This document shows, one piece after another, positions 21,100 to 30,891 of a stretch of 64,000 bases of DNA. Made by a program: the position numbers and the translations under genes. Source of the stretch: Deltaproteobacteria bacterium (GTDB taxonomy: Bacteria; Desulfobacterota; Deferrimicrobia; Deferrimicrobiales; Deferrimicrobiaceae); NCBI GenBank assembly GCA_050263095.1, contig JBLNEW010000012.1, positions 7,572 to 71,571 of the forward strand, written 5' to 3'. The number at the start of each line of letters is the position of its first letter. Position 1 is the stretch's first letter. The notes beneath the pieces were generated by a model. The model was not told the origin of the DNA, made no database searches, and saw only the letters and a program-made list of their open reading frames with translations.

Positions 21100-23544
21100 T
21101 CAGTGGCTTTTCCCGACCCGGGGAAAAAGCCACCCGGCGGCGAGGTAAAGGAGCCCGCCGGCCGCGACGGTCCCTCGAAATCCGATCCACATCGCACCGG
21201 CCGACGCAAGCGATGCCCCCGCCACCGAGAAAAAGCCATTTATTCCCCATGCATAGGGGATCGCGGGCGCGGTCGATCCGGTCAGTCGCGAGAGTCCCGC
21301 CGGGAACGGCATCCCCATGAGAAACGCCGCCGGTCCCAGGGAAACGATGAATATCGCCGTCCTCGCGGTTTCCCCCAGCGGCAGGAGCGCCCCCGCCGAA
21401 AGGGAAAGGAACAGGAACCCGGCAAGCGCAAGGAGCGCGATACCGGGAAAGACGCGTCCCTTCATGGTCTTTTCCGACCCCCATCTCCCGGAAATAGCGC
21501 TGCCGAGCCCCGAGAAAAACGCGAATCCGCCGATGGCGGCGGTGGAGGCCCGGATGGCGTCGCCCAGAAGGAGAATCCCGATTTTCAGGAAGGTCAGCTC
21601 GATCAGCATGTACGCAAGGCCCAGCGCCGAAAAATAGGCCGCAAGGCTTGCCCCGCCCGCCTTGTCCGGCAGGCGCACGGCCGCAAGCGGAGCAAGCAGG
21701 CAGACCGAGGCCAGCGCAAGAGAAACGGCGAGGGAAGCAAGCAGGAAGACAACCCCCCATTCGACGAACGGAACCCACTGGTTTCCAAGCAGCCTGCGGA
21801 ACTCGGGCAACGAGCCGAGCCGCAGGAAGCGGTGGAAATACGGGGAATCGTCGACCACGGGCGAAAGATCGAACAGTCTCCCGCCGGGCCCGCCTGGACG
21901 GCCGGCGAGCACGCCGGCAACGGCCGTTCGAAGCCCCTTTTCCGCCGCTCCATCCCCGGCTTCCTGTCCGTTCACGGGGGGCCACACAATCGAAAACCCC
22001 GTCTCCCCGCAGAAACGTTCCAGGCGCCTCATCTCCTCTCGGCCAAAGGGGAGCCGTCTCGCGATGATTGCGAACGACCCCCAGCCCCGGACCATGACCA
22101 CCTTCGCCGTTGCCGGGGCGCGGTCGTCCCTTTCCAGCTCCAAACGCAGCGTGGCGAGGATCTTGACGCTTTCCCTGGGCGGGGCCTTGAGCCACCCCGA
22201 GAATGCGATCACGCCGTTTTCCGAAAGGCGTGACATCGCCGCCCGAATCCCCTCCCGCGTCAGGAGGTACGTCTCGCCGGTCGCATGAATCCCGAGAGAC
22301 GAATACGTCGCCGACGATATCTCCGAAACTTCGATCAGGTCGAACCTGCCCCCATCGCGCGCCAGGAAATTCCGCGCGCCCTCCGTCCGGATCTCCGCCG
22401 GCATGGCGGCAGGCAATCCCGCGGAGAACCGGAACAGATCCGACCGCACAAGCGCCGCCAGTTCCGCGGCGGGCTCCACGACGGTGACCGACGATGCGCC
22501 GTTTCTTGCGGCTGTAAGGATCCCCTCGGTCCCCCTGAGCCCGAACTGAAGCACCGCGGGACGGTCAACCATCCGGTACGCCGCCACCAGGGGAAATCCG
22601 TCGAGGTAGGCGGGAGGGCTCTCTCCGCCGTCCTGCGGGACGACGCCGCGGGCCTCGCCGTCGAGGAACAGCGCCGCCTGCGGGGGAATTTCTCCCGCGA
22701 ACCGGAAGCTCAGCCCCGGGGCGACATGTATGCCGCCCGCGAAAAGCGCACGGTAATCCCCGGAGGGGCCGAAGCGGTATGCGATGGTCTTCGCGCCCGG
22801 AAGCCGCGCGGAGACCGCAAGGTCCTTGTATGGGGACAGCGCCAGTTCGGCCGGCGGCAGGAAGAGCAGCAGCGACGAGGCCGCAAGGACCGCCAGGCGC
22901 ACCAAGTACAGCCGTCCTCCGGGCGATCCCGCCGCAAAAAGGGACGCCGCAAGGGCGATCGCAAGCGGCGCGCGCATGAGCGATTCCGTTTCCAGCAGGG
23001 AAAAGGCCGGGAGGGCGATGACGGCTCCGGCGGCGGACCCCGCGAACGCGGCAGCGTAGACGGGACCCGGCTCTTCGAACCGGAAAGCAAACGGGATCGC
23101 GATGGCTCCACCGGCCAGGAAAAATGGAACCGCAAGAAGAAGGAAGAACCATCCGAATCCGATCCACGCGGAAGGCTCCCACATAAGGAGGAACGGATCG
23201 AAGGAGATCGCCTGCGAGGCCCGGAAAGCGAGGTCGAACGACGGGGCGGCCAGGAGCGCCAGCCATGCGAAGACCGCCGCCGGGGCATTTTCGATTCTCC
23301 GGCGGAAAAGGTGCAGAGCGAGCCCGGCGGCCCCGAACCCCAGCATGGCCTGGGAAACGATAAGCGGCACGAAGTGCGGCCAGAAACGGAAAGACAAAAG
23401 CCTTATGAGGAAGATCTCGTCGGCCAGCGCGGCCGCCGACAGGAGGAAGACGGCCGCAAGGACCGCCTCGCGCCCGGGGCGGTCAGTGGCCGAGGAGACG
23501 GACGAAGGCGACCGGGAGGACGTTTCGCTGGGAGACCGAGCCAT
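21100..23544 (-). CDS. Spermidine-synthase-like (polyamine aminopropyltransferase fold) fused polytopic membrane protein
   Basis: Many TM helices flank a central methyltransferase/spermine-synthase-like region (DLIEVSEI...GIHATGETYLLTREG...ENGVIAF). The start is uncertain (about 60 nt overlap with pcm). Confidence 0.4.
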   Translation of the reverse strand: MARSPSETSSRSPSSVSSATDRPGREAVLAAVFLLSAAALADEIFLIRLLSFRFWPHFVPLIVSQAMLGFGAAGLALHLFRRRIENAPAAVFAWLALLAAPSFDLAFRASQAISFDPFLLMWEPSAWIGFGWFFLLLAVPFFLAGGAIAIPFAFRFEEPGPVYAAAFAGSAAGAVIALPAFSLLETESLMRAPLAIALAASLFAAGSPGGRLYLVRLAVLAASSLLLFLPPAELALSPYKDLAVSARLPGAKTIAYRFGPSGDYRALFAGGIHVAPGLSFRFAGEIPPQAALFLDGEARGVVPQDGGESPPAYLDGFPLVAAYRMVDRPAVLQFGLRGTEGILTAARNGASSVTVVEPAAELAALVRSDLFRFSAGLPAAMPAEIRTEGARNFLARDGGRFDLIEVSEISSATYSSLGIHATGETYLLTREGIRAAMSRLSENGVIAFSGWLKAPPRESVKILATLRLELERDDRAPATAKVVMVRGWGSFAIIARRLPFGREEMRRLERFCGETGFSIVWPPVNGQEAGDGAAEKGLRTAVAGVLAGRPGGPGGRLFDLSPVVDDSPYFHRFLRLGSLPEFRRLLGNQWVPFVEWGVVFLLASLAVSLALASVCLLAPLAAVRLPDKAGGASLAAYFSALGLAYMLIELTFLKIGILLLGDAIRASTAAIGGFAFFSGLGSAISGRWGSEKTMKGRVFPGIALLALAGFLFLSLSAGALLPLGETARTAIFIVSLGPAAFLMGMPFPAGLSRLTGSTAPAIPYAWGINGFFSVAGASLASAGAMWIGFRGTVAAGGLLYLAAGWLFPRVGKSH

Positions 23545-24193
23545 CGGCGCTCTTCTCGATGAAAACCAGGTTCTGGGTCAGAAAGGGGCCTCCGACCGGC
23601 ATTACCATTCTTCCGCCGTTCCTCAGCTGTCGCAGCAGAGGGGGCGGGATGTGGCCTCCTGCGCATGTGACGATGATCGCGTCGAACGGCGCCTTCTCTT
23701 CCCAGCCGTAATACCCGTCCCCCTGGCGGACGTGGACGTTCGCGAATCCAAGCTCCGAGAGCGTCCTGCGGCTCCCCGCGGCCAGGGACTCGAAGATCTC
23801 CACCGTATAAACTTCGCGCGCTATCCTGGATGCGACCGCCGCCTGGTACCCGGATCCGGTTCCCACCTCGAGCACGCGGTCGGAAGGCTTCAGGCGCAGT
23901 ATCTCGGTCATGAAGCCGACTATGTAGGGCTGGGAGATCGTCTGCCCCTCGCCGATGGGCAGCGGGCGCGGATCGTACGCCCGGGAGCGCATTTCGCGGG
24001 GGACGAAAAGATGGCGGGGAACATCCCGCATCGACTGCAGGACCCGTGGATCGGAGATCCCCTCGCGCTGGATCTGTTCTCCGACCATGGCAAGGCGGGC
24101 GGCAAGATACGGGTCCTCCTTTGCGGCGGAGGGGCTGCCGCCCGCAAACAGCACCAGGATCGACAGGATCGCCGTCCAACGCGGCAAAATCAT
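23483..24193 (-). CDS. pcm: Protein-L-isoaspartate O-methyltransferase with signal peptide
   Basis: TISQPYIV, LEVGTGSGYQAA SAM motif. GGAAGGA RBS before ATG 24193. Confidence 0.8.
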   Translation of the reverse strand: MILPRWTAILSILVLFAGGSPSAAKEDPYLAARLAMVGEQIQREGISDPRVLQSMRDVPRHLFVPREMRSRAYDPRPLPIGEGQTISQPYIVGFMTEILRLKPSDRVLEVGTGSGYQAAVASRIAREVYTVEIFESLAAGSRRTLSELGFANVHVRQGDGYYGWEEKAPFDAIIVTCAGGHIPPPLLRQLRNGGRMVMPVGGPFLTQNLVFIEKSADGSVSQRNVLPVAFVRLLGH

Positions 24194-26604
24194 TTTCCTT
24201 CCTTGCCCTTTTCCGCTTCTTCCTTTTTTACGGCCTCCCGCAGCTCGGATAGCCGTTCCTCGACGAGACGGTTCAGGGTATTTTCGGGATACTTCCCGTC
24301 CGGTCCCGGCTCCCCCGCCGGCATTCCCATGAGTATCCCGATACCCTCCTCCACGTGCTCGATGGCGTGTATGTGGAATTTCCCCTGCCCCACGGCCTCC
24401 ACGACCTCTCTCTTCAACATCAGGTTTCTCGCGTTCCTCAAGGGGATGACGACCCCCTGCTTCCCGGTCAGCCCCCGCAGCCTGCACAGGTCGAAGAAAC
24501 CCTCGATCTTCTCGTTCACTCCGCCTATGGGCTGGACGTCCCCGTTCTGGTCCATGGATCCGGTCACCGCCACGCCCTGCCGGACCGGGACCCCCGATAC
24601 GGCGCTCAAGAGCGCGTAGAGCTCGGCGCAGGTGGCGCTGTCCCCCTCGATCATCCCGTAGAGCTGCTCGAAGGTTATCGAAGCCGACAGGCTTATCGGC
24701 TTCCTGGAAGCGTATTTCCTGCCCAGGTAGTTCGAAAGGATGAGCACAGCCTTCTCGTGGATCTTCCCCGAAAGCTTCGTCTCCCTTTCGATGTTGACCA
24801 CGCCGCTTTTCCCCGCGTAGACCGTCGTGGTGATCCTGGAGGGCTTCCCGAAACTGTGGTCTCCCATATCCAGTACCGCCAGTCCGTTCACCTGTCCCGC
24901 CTTCTCGCCGGACGTCTCAACGATCAGCGTCCCTTCAGCCATCACTTCCCGCGTCCGGTCCTCCATCATTCCGTGCCTGTAGGTCTTCTCGCCCAGTGCC
25001 TTTTCCACGTGCGTCCCGGACACTACGTCGGCGGAGTCCTTCCTGGCCCAGTAATGGGACTCGCGAATCAGGTTCGAGACGTCGCTGAACTTCGAGGAAA
25101 GCTTCTCCTGGTGTTCCGCCAGCCGGGAACCGTACTCCACGACTTTCGCCACGCCGGAAGCGTCGAACGGCAGGAGGCGCTCCTCGCGGATCTTCGTCGA
25201 GACGAACGCGGCATATTTCAGGATGTTCTCGTCCGACCGGTCCATCCGGTTGTCGAAGTCCGCCTTGACCTTGAAAAGCTCCCCGTACTCCTCGTCGAGC
25301 CCGAGGAGCAGGTAATATATCTCCGGGCTTCCGATGAGGATCACCTTCACGTCCAGCGGTATCGGCTCCGGCCTCATCGTCGTCGTCGTGATCAGCCTGT
25401 ACTGCTCCCAGACATCCTCTATCTTCACTTCCCCGTTCTTGATCGCCCGCTTCAGCGCGTCGTAGGAGAACAGGTTCCGCAGAAGATCGAGCGCGTTGAC
25501 GACCAGGTATCCGCCGTTCGCCGCATGGATCGAACCCGCCTTGATCATGGTGAAATCGGTCATCGCGGCGCCGAACTGCAGCTTGTGCTCGACCCTGCCG
25601 AAGAGGTTGTAGTACGTGGGGTTGCTCTCGAAAACGCAGGGGCTGCCCTTCCGGTTTCCGTTGTTCACGAGGACGTTCACCGAATACCGCGTGAAATTCG
25701 GCTCCTGCTTCGGCATCTTGAGGAACGGCAGCGCCGGCGCCGGATTCTCTTCCGGCACCGCCTTGAAGTCCTCGACGTTTTCAAGGACGTCATCTTGAAC
25801 CGCATCCAGGTATGCGAGCAGCTTTTCGTTTTTCGGGTACTTGTTCTTGAGGTCCTCGACAAGGTGCCCGAGGACGGAAAGCGCCGTGTTCCGTTCCAGC
25901 TTCTCCAGCTTCTCCCCGGTCTCCTTTTCCTCCCTCTTGAGCAATCGCAACACGTCGTCCAGCTTTTCCTGGACGTATTTCCCGTTCTCCCTCAGCTCCT
26001 CCTTGCGATTCGCGTCGAAGGAGTTGAACTCCTCCTCGGTAAGAGGCTCGCCGGACTTGCCGATGGCCACCAGCGAGAACCCGCCCATTGCGGTCTTTAC
26101 CTTGAACCCCTTCGATTCGGCCTCGATTTCCAGGGCGTCGAAAAGCTCCTTCTGCCTGCGCTGGACCGCTTCCGTGATGACGCTCTTCTGTTTCTTGTAT
26201 TCCTTCGACTCGAATATCTTGGGTATCTCGTTTTTCAGGTGATCGACGAGCTCCCGCATGTCCTTCTGGAACTCGACCGACCTGCCCGGCTCGAGCCAGA
26301 CAGCGATGGGATCGCCCGCGTCCTTGAAGTTGTGGACGTAGCACCAGTCGGGCGGGACGATTTCCTTCTCCGCTTTCCTGGATATGAACGACCGTATGGC
26401 GGATGTCTTGCCTGTCCCGCTGTCGCCCAGGACGTAGATGTTGAACCCGGCGCTCTGCAGGTTCAGGCCGAAATCGATCGCGTCCAGCGCCCTCTGCTGG
26501 CCGATTATCCCTTCCAGCGGCGGCAGCTCATCGGTTGTCCTGAAAGCGAATATCCCGGGATCGCAACGCTTGCGGAGGTCGTCCGGGCCCAAGGTCCTCG
26601 CCAT
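24190..26604 (-). CDS. Lon-related AAA+ ATP-dependent protease (S16 C-terminal domain)
   Basis: Walker A GDSGTGKTS. C-terminal Lon proteolytic domain (VTGSMDQNGDVQPIGGVNEKIEG). GGAGGGA RBS. Confidence 0.7.
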   Translation of the reverse strand: MARTLGPDDLRKRCDPGIFAFRTTDELPPLEGIIGQQRALDAIDFGLNLQSAGFNIYVLGDSGTGKTSAIRSFISRKAEKEIVPPDWCYVHNFKDAGDPIAVWLEPGRSVEFQKDMRELVDHLKNEIPKIFESKEYKKQKSVITEAVQRRQKELFDALEIEAESKGFKVKTAMGGFSLVAIGKSGEPLTEEEFNSFDANRKEELRENGKYVQEKLDDVLRLLKREEKETGEKLEKLERNTALSVLGHLVEDLKNKYPKNEKLLAYLDAVQDDVLENVEDFKAVPEENPAPALPFLKMPKQEPNFTRYSVNVLVNNGNRKGSPCVFESNPTYYNLFGRVEHKLQFGAAMTDFTMIKAGSIHAANGGYLVVNALDLLRNLFSYDALKRAIKNGEVKIEDVWEQYRLITTTTMRPEPIPLDVKVILIGSPEIYYLLLGLDEEYGELFKVKADFDNRMDRSDENILKYAAFVSTKIREERLLPFDASGVAKVVEYGSRLAEHQEKLSSKFSDVSNLIRESHYWARKDSADVVSGTHVEKALGEKTYRHGMMEDRTREVMAEGTLIVETSGEKAGQVNGLAVLDMGDHSFGKPSRITTTVYAGKSGVVNIERETKLSGKIHEKAVLILSNYLGRKYASRKPISLSASITFEQLYGMIEGDSATCAELYALLSAVSGVPVRQGVAVTGSMDQNGDVQPIGGVNEKIEGFFDLCRLRGLTGKQGVVIPLRNARNLMLKREVVEAVGQGKFHIHAIEHVEEGIGILMGMPAGEPGPDGKYPENTLNRLVEERLSELREAVKKEEAEKGKEGK

Positions 26605-26685
26605 GATCCCTCCAGATCTCCGACGTATGCGGCCAGCCTTATCCTAGCGCCATCTCCCGTGTGGAATTAAGAAAAAACATCGCTT

Positions 26686-26733
26686 GAAAAGCGGGGCCGG
26701 CAAGCCGGGGCCGGCCCCGCGGATTTATTTTAC
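26686..26733 (-). terminator. Rho-independent terminator after the cache-domain gene
   Basis: Minus strand: GCGGGGCCGGCCCCGGCTTGCCGGCCCCGC stem followed by TTTTCAAGCGATGTTTTTT. Confidence 0.6.
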
Positions 26734-26734
26734 G

Positions 26735-27208
26735 TCACTCGTAGATCCCCGCGCCGACGTACGCGTTCTTGCCCGGCACCCGGTATACGTAGGTGACCTT
26801 CTTGCGCGCCTTAGGATCCCCGGGGTTGGTCCACATGTAATCGACCCAACCTTCCCCCTTCCCTTTGGCAACATCCGTGAATTCCTTGAACAGGAGCTTC
26901 CCAGGATCCCCCTTGTCCTTCATGCCGAGAACGTTTGTCCCGACAAGGGCGGGGCTCATGGGATGCGCGAGCATCTTTCCGTCGAAGTCCGTCATGAATA
27001 CATACGTGTCCTTCCAGACGAATTTTCCCTGCTTGTTGTTGATCTCCTTGATCGCTTCCGCCTCGCCCTTCTCGCTGTACAGCTTGGCCGCTTCCTTGGT
27101 CTTTGCAATGCACTCTTCCTTCGTGGCTTTTTCCGCCGCCACGACATTCGAGGTCAGAAAAAGGCCGAACAGCAACACCAGGGTCAATACCGCAGCTTTC
27201 TTCATCAT
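26735..27208 (-). CDS. Periplasmic Cache-like domain protein
   Basis: Signal peptide plus a single Cache-like fold (about 130 aa). Confidence 0.45.
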   Translation of the reverse strand: MMKKAAVLTLVLLFGLFLTSNVVAAEKATKEECIAKTKEAAKLYSEKGEAEAIKEINNKQGKFVWKDTYVFMTDFDGKMLAHPMSPALVGTNVLGMKDKGDPGKLLFKEFTDVAKGKGEGWVDYMWTNPGDPKARKKVTYVYRVPGKNAYVGAGIYE

Positions 27209-27335
27209 TCCTCCCCTCCTCAGAATCCCTGTTTCGGTTGATTGCCGCCCAGAGCTCCGATCGCCTGTTCAGGTTTTCCTGCCGCCCGCCTCCTTTCCGT
27301 TCCACGAACGGCATCTTTACATAATACCGGATTTT

Positions 27336-28109
27336 CTAACCGGATGGCTTCTCCCTCTCATGAAGTTTCATGACGCGGAAAGCCTCGGCGTATTCGGGCG
27401 CCCTGGGGACTCCGGGGTCGGCGCATCCGGCGCCATTCCCTTGGACCCTGGCCCTCTCCGCTTCGTTCCTTGCCCATTCGATAATTCTCGCGGCGGGATC
27501 CCACCCTTCCAGCTGGCTGGCATGCGCCTTCAGGGCCTCTATCTTCCTGTCGATCGTGCCGGAAATGTCGATCCAGGTGTTGGGCGACGGAGTCGACCCT
27601 ATGTACACCGCACGGACCTTGTGCGGCAGCCCCTCCTCGGGCCACAACAGCTCCATCTCGGCGGCGGGGAACACGGCCTCGAGCGCGGCCGCGGCCGCTG
27701 CGCGATGGTCAGGGTGGTTGATGTAGCTGTCGTCGAAGAACCACGCTTGCGGATCTCCGCATACCACGACCTCCGGGCGGAACCGGCGGATCTCGCGCAC
27801 CAGCTCGCGGCGCAATTCCAGCGTGGGCAGCAGGGCGCAGTCGTCGTGGCGCAGGAACACCACTTCCTTGACGCCCAGGATCCCGGCCGAGGCCCTCTCC
27901 TCTTCCTCGCGCGTAATCGCAAGCGTTTCGCGCGTAAATGTGCGGTCGTGCGTGCCCGCGTTGCCGCTCGTCAACACGACGAGCGCGATCTCGCACCCGG
28001 CCTTCGCCCATCCCGCCATGGTCCCGGCGACCGTAAACTCGGCGTCGTCCGGGTGGGCGAAAATCGCCATCGCCGACCCGGGGACGTAGCCGGCGTCGTA
28101 CCTGGGCAT
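27336..28109 (-). CDS. PIG-L/LmbE family deacetylase
   Basis: AHPDDAE zinc-binding motif and HxDH. GGAGGAG RBS 7 nt before ATG 28109. Confidence 0.65.
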   Translation of the reverse strand: MPRYDAGYVPGSAMAIFAHPDDAEFTVAGTMAGWAKAGCEIALVVLTSGNAGTHDRTFTRETLAITREEEERASAGILGVKEVVFLRHDDCALLPTLELRRELVREIRRFRPEVVVCGDPQAWFFDDSYINHPDHRAAAAAALEAVFPAAEMELLWPEEGLPHKVRAVYIGSTPSPNTWIDISGTIDRKIEALKAHASQLEGWDPAARIIEWARNEAERARVQGNGAGCADPGVPRAPEYAEAFRVMKLHEREKPSG

Positions 28110-28308
28110 CGCATCTCTCCTCCGGCTTTCAGATGCCGGAACGGGCGGCATGGATTTAATCCCTTCCGAATCCAATCGTTAAGAAATATCCCAATAAAAT
28201 AATAAAGTTATATTGCAGGCCTTCCGATAATTCCCTCAAGTGGGATCCATGGAAAGAGGCCCGGGGAATCCCATGGCCGGACATTTTTTGCCCTTGCGGA
28301 GCTAACGT

Positions 28309-30888
28309 ATGGATATAAAAGGGGTATTTCTGGCCCCAGTCAAGAAGTTGAAATCCCGCATCAACGGAAGGCTGGACTCGGAGCACGAGCAATCCCTAAT
28401 CCGGCTCGCCTTGACGCTGATCTGCTTCCTGTATTTCCTCTCGGCTTTCATCGCCAACCGGCACGAACAGGGCGGAGTCGGCTGGGCCTTCTACTCTGCC
28501 GGTTGTTACATAATATTTTCCCTGGTGGTTTTCGCGGCCATCGTCATCCGGCCGGGGATATCGCCGATACGCAGGATCGCAGGGATGCTGGGGGACATCG
28601 GCATAACCACGTACTGCCTTTACGTAGGAGGCGCCAATACCGCCCCCATTTACATCCTGTATCTTTGGGTGACTATAGGCAACGGCTTCAGGTACGGCAA
28701 TAAATACCTGTTCGCGAGCACTTTGGCCAGCGCCGCCGGATTCACGTTCGTGATCTGGGCGACCAGCTACTGGCGCGACCAGCTTCCCCTTTCGATCGGA
28801 CTTTTCGTGGGGCTGATCATCCTGCCGCTGTACATCTCGACGCTGATCCGAAAGCTGACGGACGCGATGAAGAAGCTCAAGGACGCGACGGCCCGCGCGG
28901 AAGACGCGAACCACGCGAAGAGCCAGTTCCTGGCCAACATGTCCCATGAGCTTCGCACCCCGTTGAACGGAATAATGGGAATGGCGGAGCTGCTTCAAGA
29001 CACGCGCCTCTCCGACGAGCAGAAGAACTTCACCGACACGATCTACGATTCGACCCGCACCATGCTGTCCCTGGTGAACGACGTCCTGGACATCTCCAGG
29101 ATCGAGGCGGGGAAGATCGTGATAGAAAAAACGGATTTCGATCTGCACGACCTGCTGAAAGAAACGGCGTCCATGCTGCATCACGCCGCCAACGCAAAGG
29201 GACTGCAGCTTTCCACGATCATGCCCCCCAACGTTCCGTTCCTGTTGCAGGGCGATCCGCTGCACATACGCCAGGTCGTCCTCAACCTTCTGTCGAACGC
29301 GGTCAAGTTCACTGAATCGGGAGAGGTCACGCTGCGCGTCCAGCGCGTCCTCGAGACGCCCGACAAGGTTTCGCTGAAGTTCGAGGTGTCCGATACCGGC
29401 ATCGGCATGACCGAGGAGCAAAGGGAGAAGATCTTCGAGCGGTTCGCGCAGGCCGACGGCTCCATCACGCGCCGTTACGGCGGGACCGGGCTCGGGACCA
29501 CCATCTCCAAGCAGTTGATCGAACTTATGGGCGGGTCCATCGGCGTCGAGAGCGCCGCCGGCGTCGGAAGCACCTTCTGGTTCACGCTGTCATTCGACAA
29601 GCAGGCCGCGGCGGATGCGCCCCTCGCCCCGGACAAGGCGACCGATTGCAGGTTCCTGGTCGTCTCATCCGATCCGGATACGATGGACGCCTTGTGCGCG
29701 CACATGAAATCCTGGCACATAGAGACCGATGCGATCCCCCGCGCGGCGATGGCGTTCTCGAAGCTGGTCTCGGCGTTCGACCAGGGCAACCCCTATCACG
29801 CGGTCATAGTCGTCGAGCAGGACCTCGACATGGGGCTGTCCGAATTCGCCACCGTAGTGAAAACCGTCAAGAAGATCGCCAAATCCCGCCTGATCGTCGT
29901 TTGCCGCCCCTTCGCCGTTCCCAGCCTGGACGACCTCGCCCGGAAGGGGTATTGCGTCGCCCTGGAGAGCCCTCTCGACAAGACGATGCTCTTCAACGCC
30001 ATTCACTTCGTCAGGCCGGACACCCCCGACAAGGAAGACCTGGCGTTTCTCGCCAACCGCTACAGGCAGAAGAAGTCCGGCGCGGACAGGCTGCGCCTCC
30101 TCGTGGCCGAGGACAACGCGGTCAACCAGAAAGTCATCAGCCTCATATTGGAAAAGGCCGGGCACAGCGTCCGTCTCGTCGAAAACGGGGAGCTTGCCCT
30201 GGACGCGCTGCAGAACGAGAAATTCGACCTGGCCCTCCTGGATCTCAACATGCCCGTAATGGGAGGAATCGAAGCCGCAAAAATGTACCAGTTCATGTCG
30301 CTGAACCGCCCGCGGGTACCGCTGGTCGCGCTTACGGCCGATGCTACGCCCGAGACCCGGAAAAAATGCGAAGAAGCTAAATTCAACGCGTACGTCACGA
30401 AGCCTTTCGAGTCGAAAAACCTGCTCGAGGTCATTAACAGGCTGGCTCCCAAGGCGGCCGACAGGCGCGAAAGCGCGCATTTCCATGCCCTTTCCGAGGG
30501 CCAGGAGAAAAAACCGGCAGGTCTCGATGAACCCCTCGATTTCTCCGTCATACGGGATCTTGTCAGCCTCGGGGCCGACGGGAATTTCATCCGCAACATG
30601 ACCCGGCTGTTCATGGAAGGGACTGAAGAGAAGCTCCGGCAGATGAGGCATGCCTTGACGACGCGGAACTCGGAGGAATTCAGGAGGCTCAACCACGCCC
30701 TGAAAGGTTCGGCGGGCCAGATCGGGGCGATGCCCCTGTCGTCCCTGTGCGGCGAATATGCGCTCGCCGGCCACGATGAGTTCGTCCGTTCGGGGAAGGA
30801 GATGATCGACAGGTTGAACGCGGAGTTCCTCAAGGTCGGCGAGGCCCTCAGCGGCCAGGCCGAAGAGCTTAAAAAAACCAATCCTTGA
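28309..30888 (+). CDS. rpfC: RpfC-like hybrid sensor histidine kinase (membrane sensor, HisKA, HATPase, REC, HPt)
   Basis: Multi-TM N-terminus beginning ...DSEHEQSLIRL. H-box SHELRTPLN. G1/G2 boxes. Receiver LLVAEDNAVNQKVI...DLALLDLNMP. C-terminal HPt HALKGSAG. Convergent with an rpfF homologue. Confidence 0.7.
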   Translation: MDIKGVFLAPVKKLKSRINGRLDSEHEQSLIRLALTLICFLYFLSAFIANRHEQGGVGWAFYSAGCYIIFSLVVFAAIVIRPGISPIRRIAGMLGDIGITTYCLYVGGANTAPIYILYLWVTIGNGFRYGNKYLFASTLASAAGFTFVIWATSYWRDQLPLSIGLFVGLIILPLYISTLIRKLTDAMKKLKDATARAEDANHAKSQFLANMSHELRTPLNGIMGMAELLQDTRLSDEQKNFTDTIYDSTRTMLSLVNDVLDISRIEAGKIVIEKTDFDLHDLLKETASMLHHAANAKGLQLSTIMPPNVPFLLQGDPLHIRQVVLNLLSNAVKFTESGEVTLRVQRVLETPDKVSLKFEVSDTGIGMTEEQREKIFERFAQADGSITRRYGGTGLGTTISKQLIELMGGSIGVESAAGVGSTFWFTLSFDKQAAADAPLAPDKATDCRFLVVSSDPDTMDALCAHMKSWHIETDAIPRAAMAFSKLVSAFDQGNPYHAVIVVEQDLDMGLSEFATVVKTVKKIAKSRLIVVCRPFAVPSLDDLARKGYCVALESPLDKTMLFNAIHFVRPDTPDKEDLAFLANRYRQKKSGADRLRLLVAEDNAVNQKVISLILEKAGHSVRLVENGELALDALQNEKFDLALLDLNMPVMGGIEAAKMYQFMSLNRPRVPLVALTADATPETRKKCEEAKFNAYVTKPFESKNLLEVINRLAPKAADRRESAHFHALSEGQEKKPAGLDEPLDFSVIRDLVSLGADGNFIRNMTRLFMEGTEEKLRQMRHALTTRNSEEFRRLNHALKGSAGQIGAMPLSSLCGEYALAGHDEFVRSGKEMIDRLNAEFLKVGEALSGQAEELKKTNP

Positions 30889-30891
30889 ATT

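Noticed and set aside
21103-23562. Plus-strand ORFs of 376 and 425 aa opposite the fused membrane protein
   Set aside because: Arg/Gly/Pro-rich shadow ORFs. The minus-strand product has coherent TM topology and a spermidine-synthase-like core.
24355-26670. 771-aa plus-strand ORF
   Set aside because: Antisense to the Lon-related protease gene, which has clear Walker and S16 motifs. R/L/V-rich nonsense translation.
28396-30774. Minus-strand ORFs (341, 369 aa) inside the rpfC-like gene
   Set aside because: Antisense to a gene with complete HisKA, HATPase, REC and HPt motif sets.
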